A DNA stretch of 64,000 bases from Planctomycetota bacterium (lineage in GTDB: Bacteria; Planctomycetota; GCA-002687715; DRQF01). The notes under the pieces are model-generated. The model did not search any database. It was not told the origin of the DNA and saw nothing but the letters and a program-made list of their open reading frames with translations. Position numbers and translations under genes: made by a program. Position 1 is the first letter of the stretch; the number at the start of each line of letters is the position of its first letter. The stretch covers positions 1 to 64,000 of the forward strand of contig JALTLO010000193.1 of assembly GCA_027001995.1 (NCBI GenBank). The letters run 5' to 3'. Positions 8,306 to 18,008 of this stretch are shown here, piece by piece.

Positions 8306-11300
8306 TTAGGCCACTTCTGTTTCATCTTCTGCGAACCAACGATAAACCGTTGGCAACACAAGAAGAGTAAGGACCAATGAGCTAATCAGCCCACCAATGA
8401 CCACAGTGGCCAGAGGGCGCTGGACTTCAGCACCAGCACTGACAGCAAGAGCCATGGGCACAAAGCCGATGATGTCAGTCAAGGCTGTCATGAGCACAGG
8501 GCGCAAGCGCGTATGAGATGCTTCTCGGGAGGCATCCACAATACTCTTGCCAGCTTCTCGCTGTCGAACAATGTACGACACCAAAACCACCCCATTCATC
8601 ACAGCGATACCAAAGAGAGCAATAAAACCGACTCCTGCGGAAATCGAGAATGGATAGCCTCGAATCAAGAGGGCAGCGATGCCACCGGTCAATGCCAAAG
8701 GCACGTTGAGGAAGATCAAGAGCCCAAGTTTCAAAGAACCAAAAGTGGAATAGAGCAAGACGAAAATCAAGAGCAAGGCCAAGGGTACCAGCAAGGTCAG
8801 TCGCTTGGCTGCTTCTTCAAGATTCTCAAACTGTCCACCCCACTTCATCGTCCATCCAGGGGGGAGGTTAGCCTCTGCGTCAACACGCTTCTGAGCTTCA
8901 GCCACGGCGGAAGCAAGGTCTCGACCACGAACATTAGCCTCAACGGTAATTCGGCGATTGATGTTCTCACGGCTAATTTGCGCCGGCCCTGTTTCCAGGG
9001 TGATCTTCGCCAATTGAGCCAATGGGATACCAGAACCTCCACTTGATGCCGTCACCTTGAGGTCGCCAATGCGTTCCAAGTCGGCTCGCACGGAAGGATC
9101 GAAACGGGCTTGAAGCACGAAACGTTTTTGCCCCTCAATGACGGTCCCCAAAGGTCTGCCAGCAACAGTCTCAACGACATCCAGAACATCGCGCACGTTA
9201 ATTCCCAACCGCGCAATCGCCTTGCGGTCCAAGACGATACGCATCGTTGGAAGACCAACTGTCTGCTCAACTTTCACTTCTTCCATGCCTGGGACGGTTC
9301 GAACGATAGCCGCGACTTTGTCAGCCTCTTTCTTCATGTCATCGAGAGAACCAGAGCTGGCGAAGATCTTGAGAGCAACATCAGAACGAACACCACTGAT
9401 TAACTCTGCAACCCGAAGCTCGATCGGTTGAGAATAACTCAACATCACCCCAGGAACGGCATCCTTGAGTTTCGTATCAATAGCTTTGATGAGCTCTTCC
9501 TTGGTATCAAACCTCCAAGTATCCGGGTGGTTCAGAATCACATAGGTGTCACTGATTTCCACGCCCATGGGGTCGGTAGCAATTTCAGCTCGTCCTGTCC
9601 GTGAAACAACTGTCTTGACCTCAGGGAAGGACTTCACCACAGCTTCAGCCATGAGGCTAACTTCATTCGATTTCTCGAGCGAAACACTGGGGACACGCCA
9701 AATCTGCATGGCGATCGCCCCTTCATCTAAGTGAGGAATGAACTCAGCACCCAAGAAAGGTGTCACTGCCAAACTTGCCACAAAAAGACCAAAAGCAGCG
9801 AGTGCCGTGGTCTTTGGACGGCGAAGCACACCATTCAACATAGGGCTGTAGATGCGTTTGGCGACTCTAAAGAGAACTGGCTCTTTTTCGATGGGTTTCT
9901 TGAGAAAGAAAGTAGCCAGAACGGGCATCAGCGTCAGGGCACATAGGAGTGACCCCGCCATGGCAAAGACCACAGTAAGTGCCATCGGACCGAACATTTT
10001 CCCTTCAACCCCTCGCAGGGCCAAAATTGGAAGATAAACGATCATGATGATGCCAACTGCGAAAACACATGGCCTTCCTACTTCTTGGCAGGCGAGACGC
10101 ACTTTCTCGAGATGAGAAACTCCGGTTTCATCCTTGTGCTTTCGCAAGTATCGCACGATGTTCTCGACGATGACAACCGCCCCATCGACAATAATACCAA
10201 AGTCAACGGCGCCCAAGGACATGAGGTTGCCGGAGATACCAGCAAGTTTCATACAGATCAAAGCAAAGAGCATGGAGAAAGGAATCGCAGAGGCCACCAA
10301 GAGACCGCCGCGCAAACTACCGAGCAAGAGCAGCAGCACAACAATGACCAGAACACCTCCTTCGACGAGGTTCGTGGCCACAGTCTTGATGGTGCGGTCG
10401 ACGAGTTCGGTACGATTATAAAACGTATCGATTGTGACGCCTTCAGGAAGTGTCTTCTGCAATTCTTGAATCTTGTCATGGACATCAATGGAAACGGTTC
10501 GCGAGTTAGCCCCCATGAGCATCATGACAATGCCAATGACTGCCTCGCGATCACCATCACGGGTCACTGCACCTTGGCGAATCATCGGGGAAAATTCGGC
10601 CTTGCCTAAGTTGCTGACGTAAATCGCCGTGCCTTTGTCATCGTGCCCGACAACGACATTGGCCAAGTCTTCTAATGATCCCACCAGCCCTTCCCCGCGG
10701 ATGAGGTATTGCTCACCGGCATGGGCAATGTAGCCGCCGCCAACGTTTTGATTGTTCGTTTCAATCGCGGTAAAAACTTCACTCAATGAGAGGCCGTAGG
10801 CTGCCAAGCGGTCCGGATCAATGGTCACTTGATATGTCTTGAGCTCACCTCCAAAGGAGTTGACTTCGACAACCCCAGGCACAGAGCGCAACTGATAGTT
10901 AACATCCCAATCCAAAATTTGACGCAGTTGCATAGGCGTGTAGCCTTCACCACGCACCTCGAAACTATAAATCTCCCCTAAACCAGTAGAAATAGGCCCC
11001 ATCTCTGGGCTACCGTACGCTTCAGGAATGGCCCCCCTGGCTTCAATCAGTCTTTCGCCCACCAATTGGCGGGCCCAATAAATGTCCGTTCCTTCTTCAA
11101 AAACAACGGTCACAACGGAGAGACCAAACTTAGAAACAGAGCGCAGTTCTTCGATTCGCGGAAGACCACTCATGGCGGTCTCTACAGGAAAGGTGACGAA
11201 ACGTTCCATTTCCTGAGGTGCGAGGCCTGGGCTGTTGGTAAGAACTTGAACTTGGACATTCGTGACGTCTGGCACAGCGTCGATGGGAAGCTCTTGATAT

Positions 11301-11389
11301 GAGCGCACCCCGATCACCGCAAGCAGAAGCCACAAAACAATAACCAAGAAACGGTTATTGATTGAGAAGTTGATAATACTGTTAATCAT
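8306..11389 (-). CDS. czcA: CzcA/CusA-family heavy-metal efflux RND transporter
   Basis: LPIDAVPDVTNVQVQV, GNLMSLGAVDFGIIVDGAVVIVEN and RLRPVLMT motifs; 1027 aa. Confidence 0.92.
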   Translation of the reverse strand: MINSIINFSINNRFLVIVLWLLLAVIGVRSYQELPIDAVPDVTNVQVQVLTNSPGLAPQEMERFVTFPVETAMSGLPRIEELRSVSKFGLSVVTVVFEEGTDIYWARQLVGERLIEARGAIPEAYGSPEMGPISTGLGEIYSFEVRGEGYTPMQLRQILDWDVNYQLRSVPGVVEVNSFGGELKTYQVTIDPDRLAAYGLSLSEVFTAIETNNQNVGGGYIAHAGEQYLIRGEGLVGSLEDLANVVVGHDDKGTAIYVSNLGKAEFSPMIRQGAVTRDGDREAVIGIVMMLMGANSRTVSIDVHDKIQELQKTLPEGVTIDTFYNRTELVDRTIKTVATNLVEGGVLVIVVLLLLLGSLRGGLLVASAIPFSMLFALICMKLAGISGNLMSLGAVDFGIIVDGAVVIVENIVRYLRKHKDETGVSHLEKVRLACQEVGRPCVFAVGIIMIVYLPILALRGVEGKMFGPMALTVVFAMAGSLLCALTLMPVLATFFLKKPIEKEPVLFRVAKRIYSPMLNGVLRRPKTTALAAFGLFVASLAVTPFLGAEFIPHLDEGAIAMQIWRVPSVSLEKSNEVSLMAEAVVKSFPEVKTVVSRTGRAEIATDPMGVEISDTYVILNHPDTWRFDTKEELIKAIDTKLKDAVPGVMLSYSQPIELRVAELISGVRSDVALKIFASSGSLDDMKKEADKVAAIVRTVPGMEEVKVEQTVGLPTMRIVLDRKAIARLGINVRDVLDVVETVAGRPLGTVIEGQKRFVLQARFDPSVRADLERIGDLKVTASSGGSGIPLAQLAKITLETGPAQISRENINRRITVEANVRGRDLASAVAEAQKRVDAEANLPPGWTMKWGGQFENLEEAAKRLTLLVPLALLLIFVLLYSTFGSLKLGLLIFLNVPLALTGGIAALLIRGYPFSISAGVGFIALFGIAVMNGVVLVSYIVRQREAGKSIVDASREASHTRLRPVLMTALTDIIGFVPMALAVSAGAEVQRPLATVVIGGLISSLVLTLLVLPTVYRWFAEDETEVA

Positions 11390-11400
11390 GATGTGCCTTT

Positions 11401-12822
11401 CTAGTGACTGTGGCCTCCGCCGAGTTCACTTCGGCGGGCCATGGATTTCAGAAAGAATGTTCCCGTAACAGCGATTCTGTCGCCGGGATCAACACCACTC
11501 AGAATTTCAACCAATCCTCTTGCCCCTTTTTTCAAGACGACTTCTTTTCTTTCGAAGGTATGCTCGTCTTCTTGCACGAAGATAAAGTTCTCTTCTCCTT
11601 CATGCACAACAGCGGCTTCTGGCACGACAACGCGCCCCATCCGCGTATTGGTGACAAGTTCGACGGACCCAAACATACCTGGGCGAATCGGAAATTTCTC
11701 TGCCCAGCTATCAATGGGTTTGTTTTCAAGCTCGACACGGATGTCCACCGTCCGTGTTTGCTCTGAAACTGTGTAACCAACAAGAGTGACCGTACCGGGA
11801 AGACCGACATTGGGAATAGCGTCTAAGTTGACGATTGCCTTCTGTCCCGTACGCGCCGCTGTCAGATCTTTCTCGTAGATCGATGCCAATACCCACAAGC
11901 GAGAGAGATCATAAATCTCGAAAAGCACCATGTTGTTGTCGACGTATTCGTCCATGGTGATATCGCGTTTGACCACGATTCCATCTCGAGGTGCGCGAAT
12001 AACGAAACGACCGTAATGCTTGTTGGCTCCTGTTGAGAAGTCTTGAATCTCTTCGTCGCTCAGCTCAAGGACACGCAATCGATCCCGATCAGCGACTTCC
12101 TCAATACGAGCTTGGCGCAAAGCAACTTCAAGTTCCAAGATGCGGGTATCACGTTCCGACTTGAAAGCAGCCAATTGCCGTTCCTTATTCAAACGAGCCA
12201 TCTGGACAGCCTTCTCCGCATCGAGAAAGGGTCGCAGAGTCGAAATTCGCTTTTCTTGAAGCGCTTTTTCGCGCTCATAGATCTTCGTGGTAACAGCAAT
12301 CGCGCCGTTGAGTAGCTTATTGAGAGCTTCGGAACGGTGATCAAACAGCTCTTTCGCTTTCTGAAGGGTTTCTTCCGCGGCCTTTGTGGTGGCACGGCTT
12401 TTTAAGAATTCCCCCACCGTATTGCCGAGGGCAACACTGTCGAGCTCAACCAAGATTTCTCCGGTCTTGACGTGTTCACCTAGCCCTTTGTGTATCTTGC
12501 GAACAATGCCCCCAACCCGAGGATTGACATGAGAGAGGGTGTCTTCGTTGCGAGAAACCCGGGCAACAAGTCGCAGGACTTCTTCAATTTCACCAGCTTT
12601 GGCGATCACTGAAGTCACTTTGGCCGCTTTCAGTTGGTCATCATCTAGAACGATATCTTGGTGTTCACCCTCTTCACCATGTTCGTCATGGCCCCCATGA
12701 CCACCGTGTCCTTCTTCACCGCCTTTTTCTCCCTTGCCAGGGCCGCAAGCTGTCAGCGGGAAAAGCAAGGCACAAAGAAAGGTGAATAGAAGGGCCATTG
12801 AAATATGCTTGTGAATTCTCAT
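11401..12822 (-). CDS. czcB: RND membrane fusion protein, CzcB-like, with His-rich N-terminus
   Basis: Lipobox LTAC, GHGGHGGHDEH stretch, lipoyl-like halves, long coiled coil, RPGMFG and C-terminal GGHSH. Confidence 0.85.
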   Translation of the reverse strand: MRIHKHISMALLFTFLCALLFPLTACGPGKGEKGGEEGHGGHGGHDEHGEEGEHQDIVLDDDQLKAAKVTSVIAKAGEIEEVLRLVARVSRNEDTLSHVNPRVGGIVRKIHKGLGEHVKTGEILVELDSVALGNTVGEFLKSRATTKAAEETLQKAKELFDHRSEALNKLLNGAIAVTTKIYEREKALQEKRISTLRPFLDAEKAVQMARLNKERQLAAFKSERDTRILELEVALRQARIEEVADRDRLRVLELSDEEIQDFSTGANKHYGRFVIRAPRDGIVVKRDITMDEYVDNNMVLFEIYDLSRLWVLASIYEKDLTAARTGQKAIVNLDAIPNVGLPGTVTLVGYTVSEQTRTVDIRVELENKPIDSWAEKFPIRPGMFGSVELVTNTRMGRVVVPEAAVVHEGEENFIFVQEDEHTFERKEVVLKKGARGLVEILSGVDPGDRIAVTGTFFLKSMARRSELGGGHSH

Positions 12823-12824
12823 TG

Positions 12825-14225
12825 CTATTTTTCCTCCTCTTTGGAGCTCGGTTCTTGTTCGACGACGCTTCCGGCGACGGTCTCAACTAAGAGCTCTGCT
12901 TGCGCCATGCGAATTTGTGCGTCTAAGTATTTTCTGCGGGCGTCTAAGACTTGCCGCTGGGATGTCAGAATCTCAAAGAAGGTGACTTCTCTTTCTCGAA
13001 ACGCTTCATCGTTGAGCCTGAGGCTCTCAATGAGGCGCGGCATCAATTGCATCTCATAGGAGGTCACGTTGCGCTTCGCGTTCTCTAAGGTCGTGATCGC
13101 CTTATTCACTTCAGCTCGAAGCATATGAACCGCGGCTCTCACGTCTTGAGCAACCCTGGCTCTTTGGGCCATAGCAGTCTTGATGGCATAGGCATTGAAG
13201 TTCGAGAAAATAGGAAGAACAATATCAATAGCCGTTCCAACAGAAACCAGAGGCCATTGCTGAGCAATCTCCAAACGCAATGCCTCTTCAGATCTCTGAT
13301 AGAGGGCCAGAAGCGCCTGAAGATCAGGGCGTTGGGTCATGGCTTTCTCAGTCAGCATCTTTCGGTCGATAGCTGGAATGGTTCTCCTCTTGAACGGATC
13401 CTTCGTGGTTTTCAAGTTAAGTCCCGCTGTAGGGCGCAACCCAAGAAGTGCGTTGAGGGCTTGCCGCGCGAGAGCAAGCTCACCAACAAGTTTGATGCGA
13501 TCCTGCTCGAGAGAGGCCGCATCAATCTGTGCCAAGTTCGCCTGAATCGCTGTGGCGGCCCCATTGTCTCGAGCTTCCACAATGAATTGTGACGTGCGCT
13601 CAACAATATTTCTCAGACTCTTATTCTGCGCAAGACGAGCTTGAGCTCCTAAAACCTCCAAGAATTGTCTGCGAACAGCCCGAGAAAGCTGCCATTCTCC
13701 GGCGAGAATTTTCTGGCGGACTTCTTCGATCCTTGCTTCTGCACCGCCCTCCCGAGCGCTGATCTCCCCTGGTCTGGGGAGTGTCACGGAGATTCCTGAG
13801 CTTGCAATGATGTCCGCCGTCGTCGGAGCTATGCCATCCGCTACCTCGGCGGCCAAATAGTTGGCAAAATCGAACCCAAACCCAATGGTCGGGTCTGGAA
13901 GAAGCCCTGCCTCAACTAATTGAGCTTCGGCTATCCCAGCTTCAGCGCGAAGGGCCGCAAGAGTCGGGTTATGAGTGACGGCCCATGCTGCGGCCTCTTC
14001 TGCAGTGATGGCAGCATTCTTGGCTATCATGGCTGCCCCGTTTTCGGGCTGCCCTCCAGTTTCTGACCCTGGGGATGCTGCCGAGTTTAATTCAGCAAGT
14101 ATGGTCATAGGATCAAGGGGCTGTGCTTCATAGGAAACACAACCGCCCAGTAGTGTGACTCCAATGAGGAGCCATCTTAGTCGTGGACGCAGGCGCGGTT
14201 GGCGCATATCAAAGGACCCAATCAC
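12825..14225 (-). CDS. czcC: TolC-family outer membrane efflux protein, CzcC-like
   Basis: Lipobox LGGC, OEP-type repeats (NPTLAALRA...AGLLPDP; RPDLQA) and position in the operon. Confidence 0.85.
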   Translation of the reverse strand: MIGSFDMRQPRLRPRLRWLLIGVTLLGGCVSYEAQPLDPMTILAELNSAASPGSETGGQPENGAAMIAKNAAITAEEAAAWAVTHNPTLAALRAEAGIAEAQLVEAGLLPDPTIGFGFDFANYLAAEVADGIAPTTADIIASSGISVTLPRPGEISAREGGAEARIEEVRQKILAGEWQLSRAVRRQFLEVLGAQARLAQNKSLRNIVERTSQFIVEARDNGAATAIQANLAQIDAASLEQDRIKLVGELALARQALNALLGLRPTAGLNLKTTKDPFKRRTIPAIDRKMLTEKAMTQRPDLQALLALYQRSEEALRLEIAQQWPLVSVGTAIDIVLPIFSNFNAYAIKTAMAQRARVAQDVRAAVHMLRAEVNKAITTLENAKRNVTSYEMQLMPRLIESLRLNDEAFREREVTFFEILTSQRQVLDARRKYLDAQIRMAQAELLVETVAGSVVEQEPSSKEEEK

Positions 14226-14340
14226 GGGCTATCCTCCTCGTCGTTGAACGTTATGAATATCGGATTATGAACCTCTAAGACTGGGAACAGTCTGGTGTTC
14301 AGCTTTGCTGTGGGGATTCGCCAGAAACGGCGGACTATGA

Positions 14341-14784
14341 TTAGATCTGAAGCGAAGTGGTGAGGTTCTTTACCGAGACCGGTGCTGTAAGACTCATGGG
14401 CCTGTACGTCGCCCTAAGGACTCGGGGAGCTTCAAATCGCGGGATGCTTAGAAGTGGTTGGGCTGATGCCACGTTTTGATCGAATTCAAAATTCTTGGCA
14501 GTTAAGGCATCCCGGGTCGCTCGCAGTCGGGGACCAGACAGGACCAAGTCGGTGCAGTCACCACAGGATTTTGGTTGGCCAAGAATGAAAACTTGGTGAG
14601 CCGATGAAACCTGAGCTGCGAGATGAGATTCGGGATTGGAAGAGGCGCAACACGAGCCACGAGCACGCTCTACAGCGATCGAGCCATCGGCCTTGATGCA
14701 TAAAACCGAGCCTTTGCTCAGCATCATGACGTTGCTGAGCAGGAGTAATCCAAGGCATAGGAAATGTGTCATCTTCTTAATCAT
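14341..14784 (-). CDS. Small Cys-rich exported/membrane protein heading the czc-like operon
   Basis: N-terminal hydrophobic segment, VLCIKADG, CC and CGDC motifs. Confidence 0.65.
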   Translation of the reverse strand: MIKKMTHFLCLGLLLLSNVMMLSKGSVLCIKADGSIAVERARGSCCASSNPESHLAAQVSSAHQVFILGQPKSCGDCTDLVLSGPRLRATRDALTAKNFEFDQNVASAQPLLSIPRFEAPRVLRATYRPMSLTAPVSVKNLTTSLQI

Positions 14785-15053
14785 GGTCCGGTGGATAATT
14801 ACCTATTTTCCCAGGGTTTTCAAGCTAACCCTTTTCCCCATCGGCATTTTCCCCAACTCCTCCGCGCCATTCTCCTGAGAAATCTGACAGAAGATCAGGG
14901 CTTGTTGCATGTGCTTTCTCTATCAACGAGTTAGGAAAAGGAGCACTCCCCAAATACAGAGAATTCGTGGGAAATCTATGGAAGCGCCAACTCATGACTC
15001 CTGCTTTCTGTTGGGATATGTGATGGTGCTTCAAAGTCATGACAAGAAAGGAC

Positions 15054-15812
15054 TCACCTTTCGTCCATTTCCAGATGATCCGAGACTTTTCCAGAAGCAT
15101 GCGCGATGTGCAGCCCAACCAACCGTGCTACCAGAATCGTCAAATAGAGTTGGCCAACAATCGCCTCCGCACCAACAAGGAGTCTGGCAAACATAGTTGT
15201 TGGCACCACATCGCCTAGACCTAAGGTCGTCAAAGTCGCAAAGCTGAAATACAAATACTCAGCAAAAATTGGCGCCTCTTGCACTCCAACGCCCTCAGTA
15301 AAGACGATAAGTGGGCGGTCAGCCAGAGCGTGAACCGTCATAAAAGCGAAAGCAAAAAGAAGCCCGATCAGCACGTAGACACACCCGGCACCAAGAATTC
15401 TGTCGACGGTAACATCCCCTCCCTTCATCACATCCAACAAGAGGAGACCCGTGGTGAGTGAAATGACACAGAGGTTCAGGAGGCTCATGATCATGTTGAT
15501 CCAACCGTGACCATGGTCACTTGTTCGAAAACAAATAAGAGCTGTGATACTGGCGACAACAGCCGCAATGGCAAGCCCACTCACTACCCGCAAGTAGCGC
15601 GGTTGGGCAACGAGAGCCCGGACACCCCCGACAAAGACACCCCAGAACACGAGATTCCAAGCGATGAGGCCCTGGAGGCCATACCCCAAGATGGGATAGA
15701 TCAAACCCAGAGCACAGAGGGCCAAGAACAAGACAAGATAATGTCCTCCAACGTGAAGACCGGAGCGGGACTTGGCGCTGCTACGGACTTTGAATGTTTC
15801 GCCAGACTTCAT
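15054..15812 (-). CDS. Potassium channel family (Ion_trans_2) membrane protein
   Basis: Several TM helices then YLYFSFATLTTLGLGDVVP pore motif and EAIVGQLYLTILVARLVG; GGAGG RBS before ATG 15812. Confidence 0.85.
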   Translation of the reverse strand: MKSGETFKVRSSAKSRSGLHVGGHYLVLFLALCALGLIYPILGYGLQGLIAWNLVFWGVFVGGVRALVAQPRYLRVVSGLAIAAVVASITALICFRTSDHGHGWINMIMSLLNLCVISLTTGLLLLDVMKGGDVTVDRILGAGCVYVLIGLLFAFAFMTVHALADRPLIVFTEGVGVQEAPIFAEYLYFSFATLTTLGLGDVVPTTMFARLLVGAEAIVGQLYLTILVARLVGLHIAHASGKVSDHLEMDER

Positions 15813-16049
15813 GAACCTTACCTCCCAACGACTTCGACAAGCCTCCTCCTGTTCCTCATGACACTGAAAAAAGGGGCAATCGCTGTTCAAAACTAATACT
15901 TCATGGGATATGTAAACAGAAAAATCGGCTGGTGAGGTTGCTTTCATCCTCCCCAGCCGATTTTCAAATGGAACTCAACATCGGTCATACCCAATGGCGA
16001 TTGGATTAAAGTTGGGTTCCTTAGCTTTTGTCGATTAAAACGAAGCGAA

Positions 16050-16433
16050 CTACTTCGCCAACTTTTTCATCTTGTCGGCGTCACTCAGCGCCTTCCATTT
16101 TGGCAAACAATCTTCGCAACAGAAGCCAATCTTCTTGCCCATATGCATTGTTGTATAGGCGGTGCTAACAGGATCTCCCATAATGGGGCATTTCGTGTTC
16201 ACAATGCCAGCCTTGGTAAGAGCGGCAAGATCCGTAGAACCTTTTTCAGCCCCGTGATCATGTGCGTCACCATCGGAATGATCGTGACCGTCAGCATGAT
16301 CATGTCCATCTTCCGCACTGTGAGAATGCCCATCATCATGACCACCTTCATTGTGATCGTCTTTGTCGCCACAAGAAGCAAGCGCGAATAGAGCAACAAG
16401 CAAGACTGCCGTTGTTAAGAAAATTCGATTCAT
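16050..16433 (-). CDS. His-rich lipoprotein with YHS/TRASH-like domain
   Basis: Lipobox LASC, H/D-rich stretch, NTKCPIMG...KIGFCCEDC. Confidence 0.75.
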   Translation of the reverse strand: MNRIFLTTAVLLVALFALASCGDKDDHNEGGHDDGHSHSAEDGHDHADGHDHSDGDAHDHGAEKGSTDLAALTKAGIVNTKCPIMGDPVSTAYTTMHMGKKIGFCCEDCLPKWKALSDADKMKKLAK

Positions 16434-16452
16434 TTCAATCTCTCTCTTCATT

Positions 16453-17220
16453 TCAGGAAAAATAGTTCAGGCCATAAATGAGGGTTCCACCGAGATGCCC
16501 GGTGAGTCCCACTGACAAGGCGCTCAAGAAAAGTGTCGAACGATAAAATCTAACTAAGATCTTGTCGCCTCCAGAGCGCTGCCATTCAGCGAAGGCCACA
16601 CTCAACACCCCAAGGACGCTGGTCATAACACCCGCAAAACGATGTCGTTCAAAGACAATCAACAAGTCGCCACCTTGGTCATTTTGGTAAGCCACCGCAA
16701 AGCCCAAGGCCACTGCAATCACACTAGAGATTGCACCAACAATTACAAGTGGGCGAACGGCAACGCCGTAAGACTCTGTTTTCTTGAAGATTGCCCAAAC
16801 TTCCAGGAGCGCCGCGAGGATCAAGAAGGCGATAGGAAAATGAATGATCACCGGGTGAAACCGCCCAATGGACTTGATAATTCCCTCTGAATCTTTGTGA
16901 TTCCCATGATCGTGCTCTTCCTTCTCGCCGTCCTCCTGGCCATTGTGGTGCCCAGACTTTTCTGCTTCAGCTGGAGCAGCCTTTGGTAGGGCAGCTAGGT
17001 ATTTCTGGGGATTGGCCAAGAACTTCGATTTACATCTCTTGCAGCATACTCCAATGTTACGACCAAGATACTCGAAGACGACAGCATCATCCCCCAGCAC
17101 TTCATCAGGAGTCACAGGGCAATTTTCGTTGATCGGATTTTGGCCGAAAACCGATCCGGACATCAAGACAAGTAGGGCCCACAAGGCGAAGCAGCTCACC
17201 TTATGTCCCCGACTTGACAT
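16453..17220 (-). CDS. YHS-like domain, His-rich linker and DUF2231-like membrane domain
   Basis: NENCPVT...GVCCKRC...PQKY; GRFHPVIIHFPIA and TGHLGGTLIYG are typical of DUF2231. Confidence 0.78.
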   Translation of the reverse strand: MSSRGHKVSCFALWALLVLMSGSVFGQNPINENCPVTPDEVLGDDAVVFEYLGRNIGVCCKRCKSKFLANPQKYLAALPKAAPAEAEKSGHHNGQEDGEKEEHDHGNHKDSEGIIKSIGRFHPVIIHFPIAFLILAALLEVWAIFKKTESYGVAVRPLVIVGAISSVIAVALGFAVAYQNDQGGDLLIVFERHRFAGVMTSVLGVLSVAFAEWQRSGGDKILVRFYRSTLFLSALSVGLTGHLGGTLIYGLNYFS

Positions 17221-17233
17221 GACCTCGAACGGC

Positions 17234-17869
17234 CTAGTGATCATGACCACCATGGTCATGTCCCTTTTCCTTGCCCTTTTTGGTTTCTTTGGACTTCTTG
17301 TAGGCGGCCAGGTATTTCTTTGGGTTCTTGGCGAAATCGCCAGCACATCCATCGCAACAAATATTGATAATCTGATTGTTGTAGACAATGAAATTATCTG
17401 CTTGGATCTTTTCGTCGGCCATCACGATGCAATGAGTGTTGCCCAGATCAGTCAATTTTTTCTTGGATGTCAGACGAGCCAGGTGTTTATTTGGCTCCTT
17501 ACGGAACTTCTTGTCGCATCCACCACAACAGAAATGAACAACGTGTCCCTGGAAGGTCGTCGTGACGTTCTTCTTTGACTTCCCTTTCATGATTGGACAC
17601 TTGGGGTTCTTAATGTCGATATTCTTTGATGCGGGATACGCCTTGGCGTAGAAATCCTTGGGAGCGGCCTTCACCTTCTTCACGCAAGCCTTGCAGCAAA
17701 CGAAAATCTTTTCGCCGTTGTATTTGACGGCCAAGTTTTTCTTAACTGGTTTACCGCTAATGGGACACTTCTTGTTGCCAAAGAAAGGTGTTTCAACCTT
17801 CTGAGCCATACCACTCGAGCAAAAAAGAATGGCTGCACTTGCGACCAAAATCATGTTCAACATTTTCAT
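17234..17869 (-). CDS. Secreted protein with three tandem YHS/TRASH-like repeats and a His tail
   Basis: Three N..C[P/I]..-CC..C units and C-terminal GHDHGGHDH; AAGGA RBS before ATG 17869. Confidence 0.78.
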   Translation of the reverse strand: MKMLNMILVASAAILFCSSGMAQKVETPFFGNKKCPISGKPVKKNLAVKYNGEKIFVCCKACVKKVKAAPKDFYAKAYPASKNIDIKNPKCPIMKGKSKKNVTTTFQGHVVHFCCGGCDKKFRKEPNKHLARLTSKKKLTDLGNTHCIVMADEKIQADNFIVYNNQIINICCDGCAGDFAKNPKKYLAAYKKSKETKKGKEKGHDHGGHDH

Positions 17870-18008
17870 AATAGATCCTTTCCAAACAATTGATCTCACG
17901 ACTTCTTGAAGTGAGACTTCGTCGACATTCCGCCGACACAAGATCCACGCTGCCCACATGACAGCGTAGCATTCTTCAAACAGGACGAGCTTCAAAGAAG
18001 CAACATCG

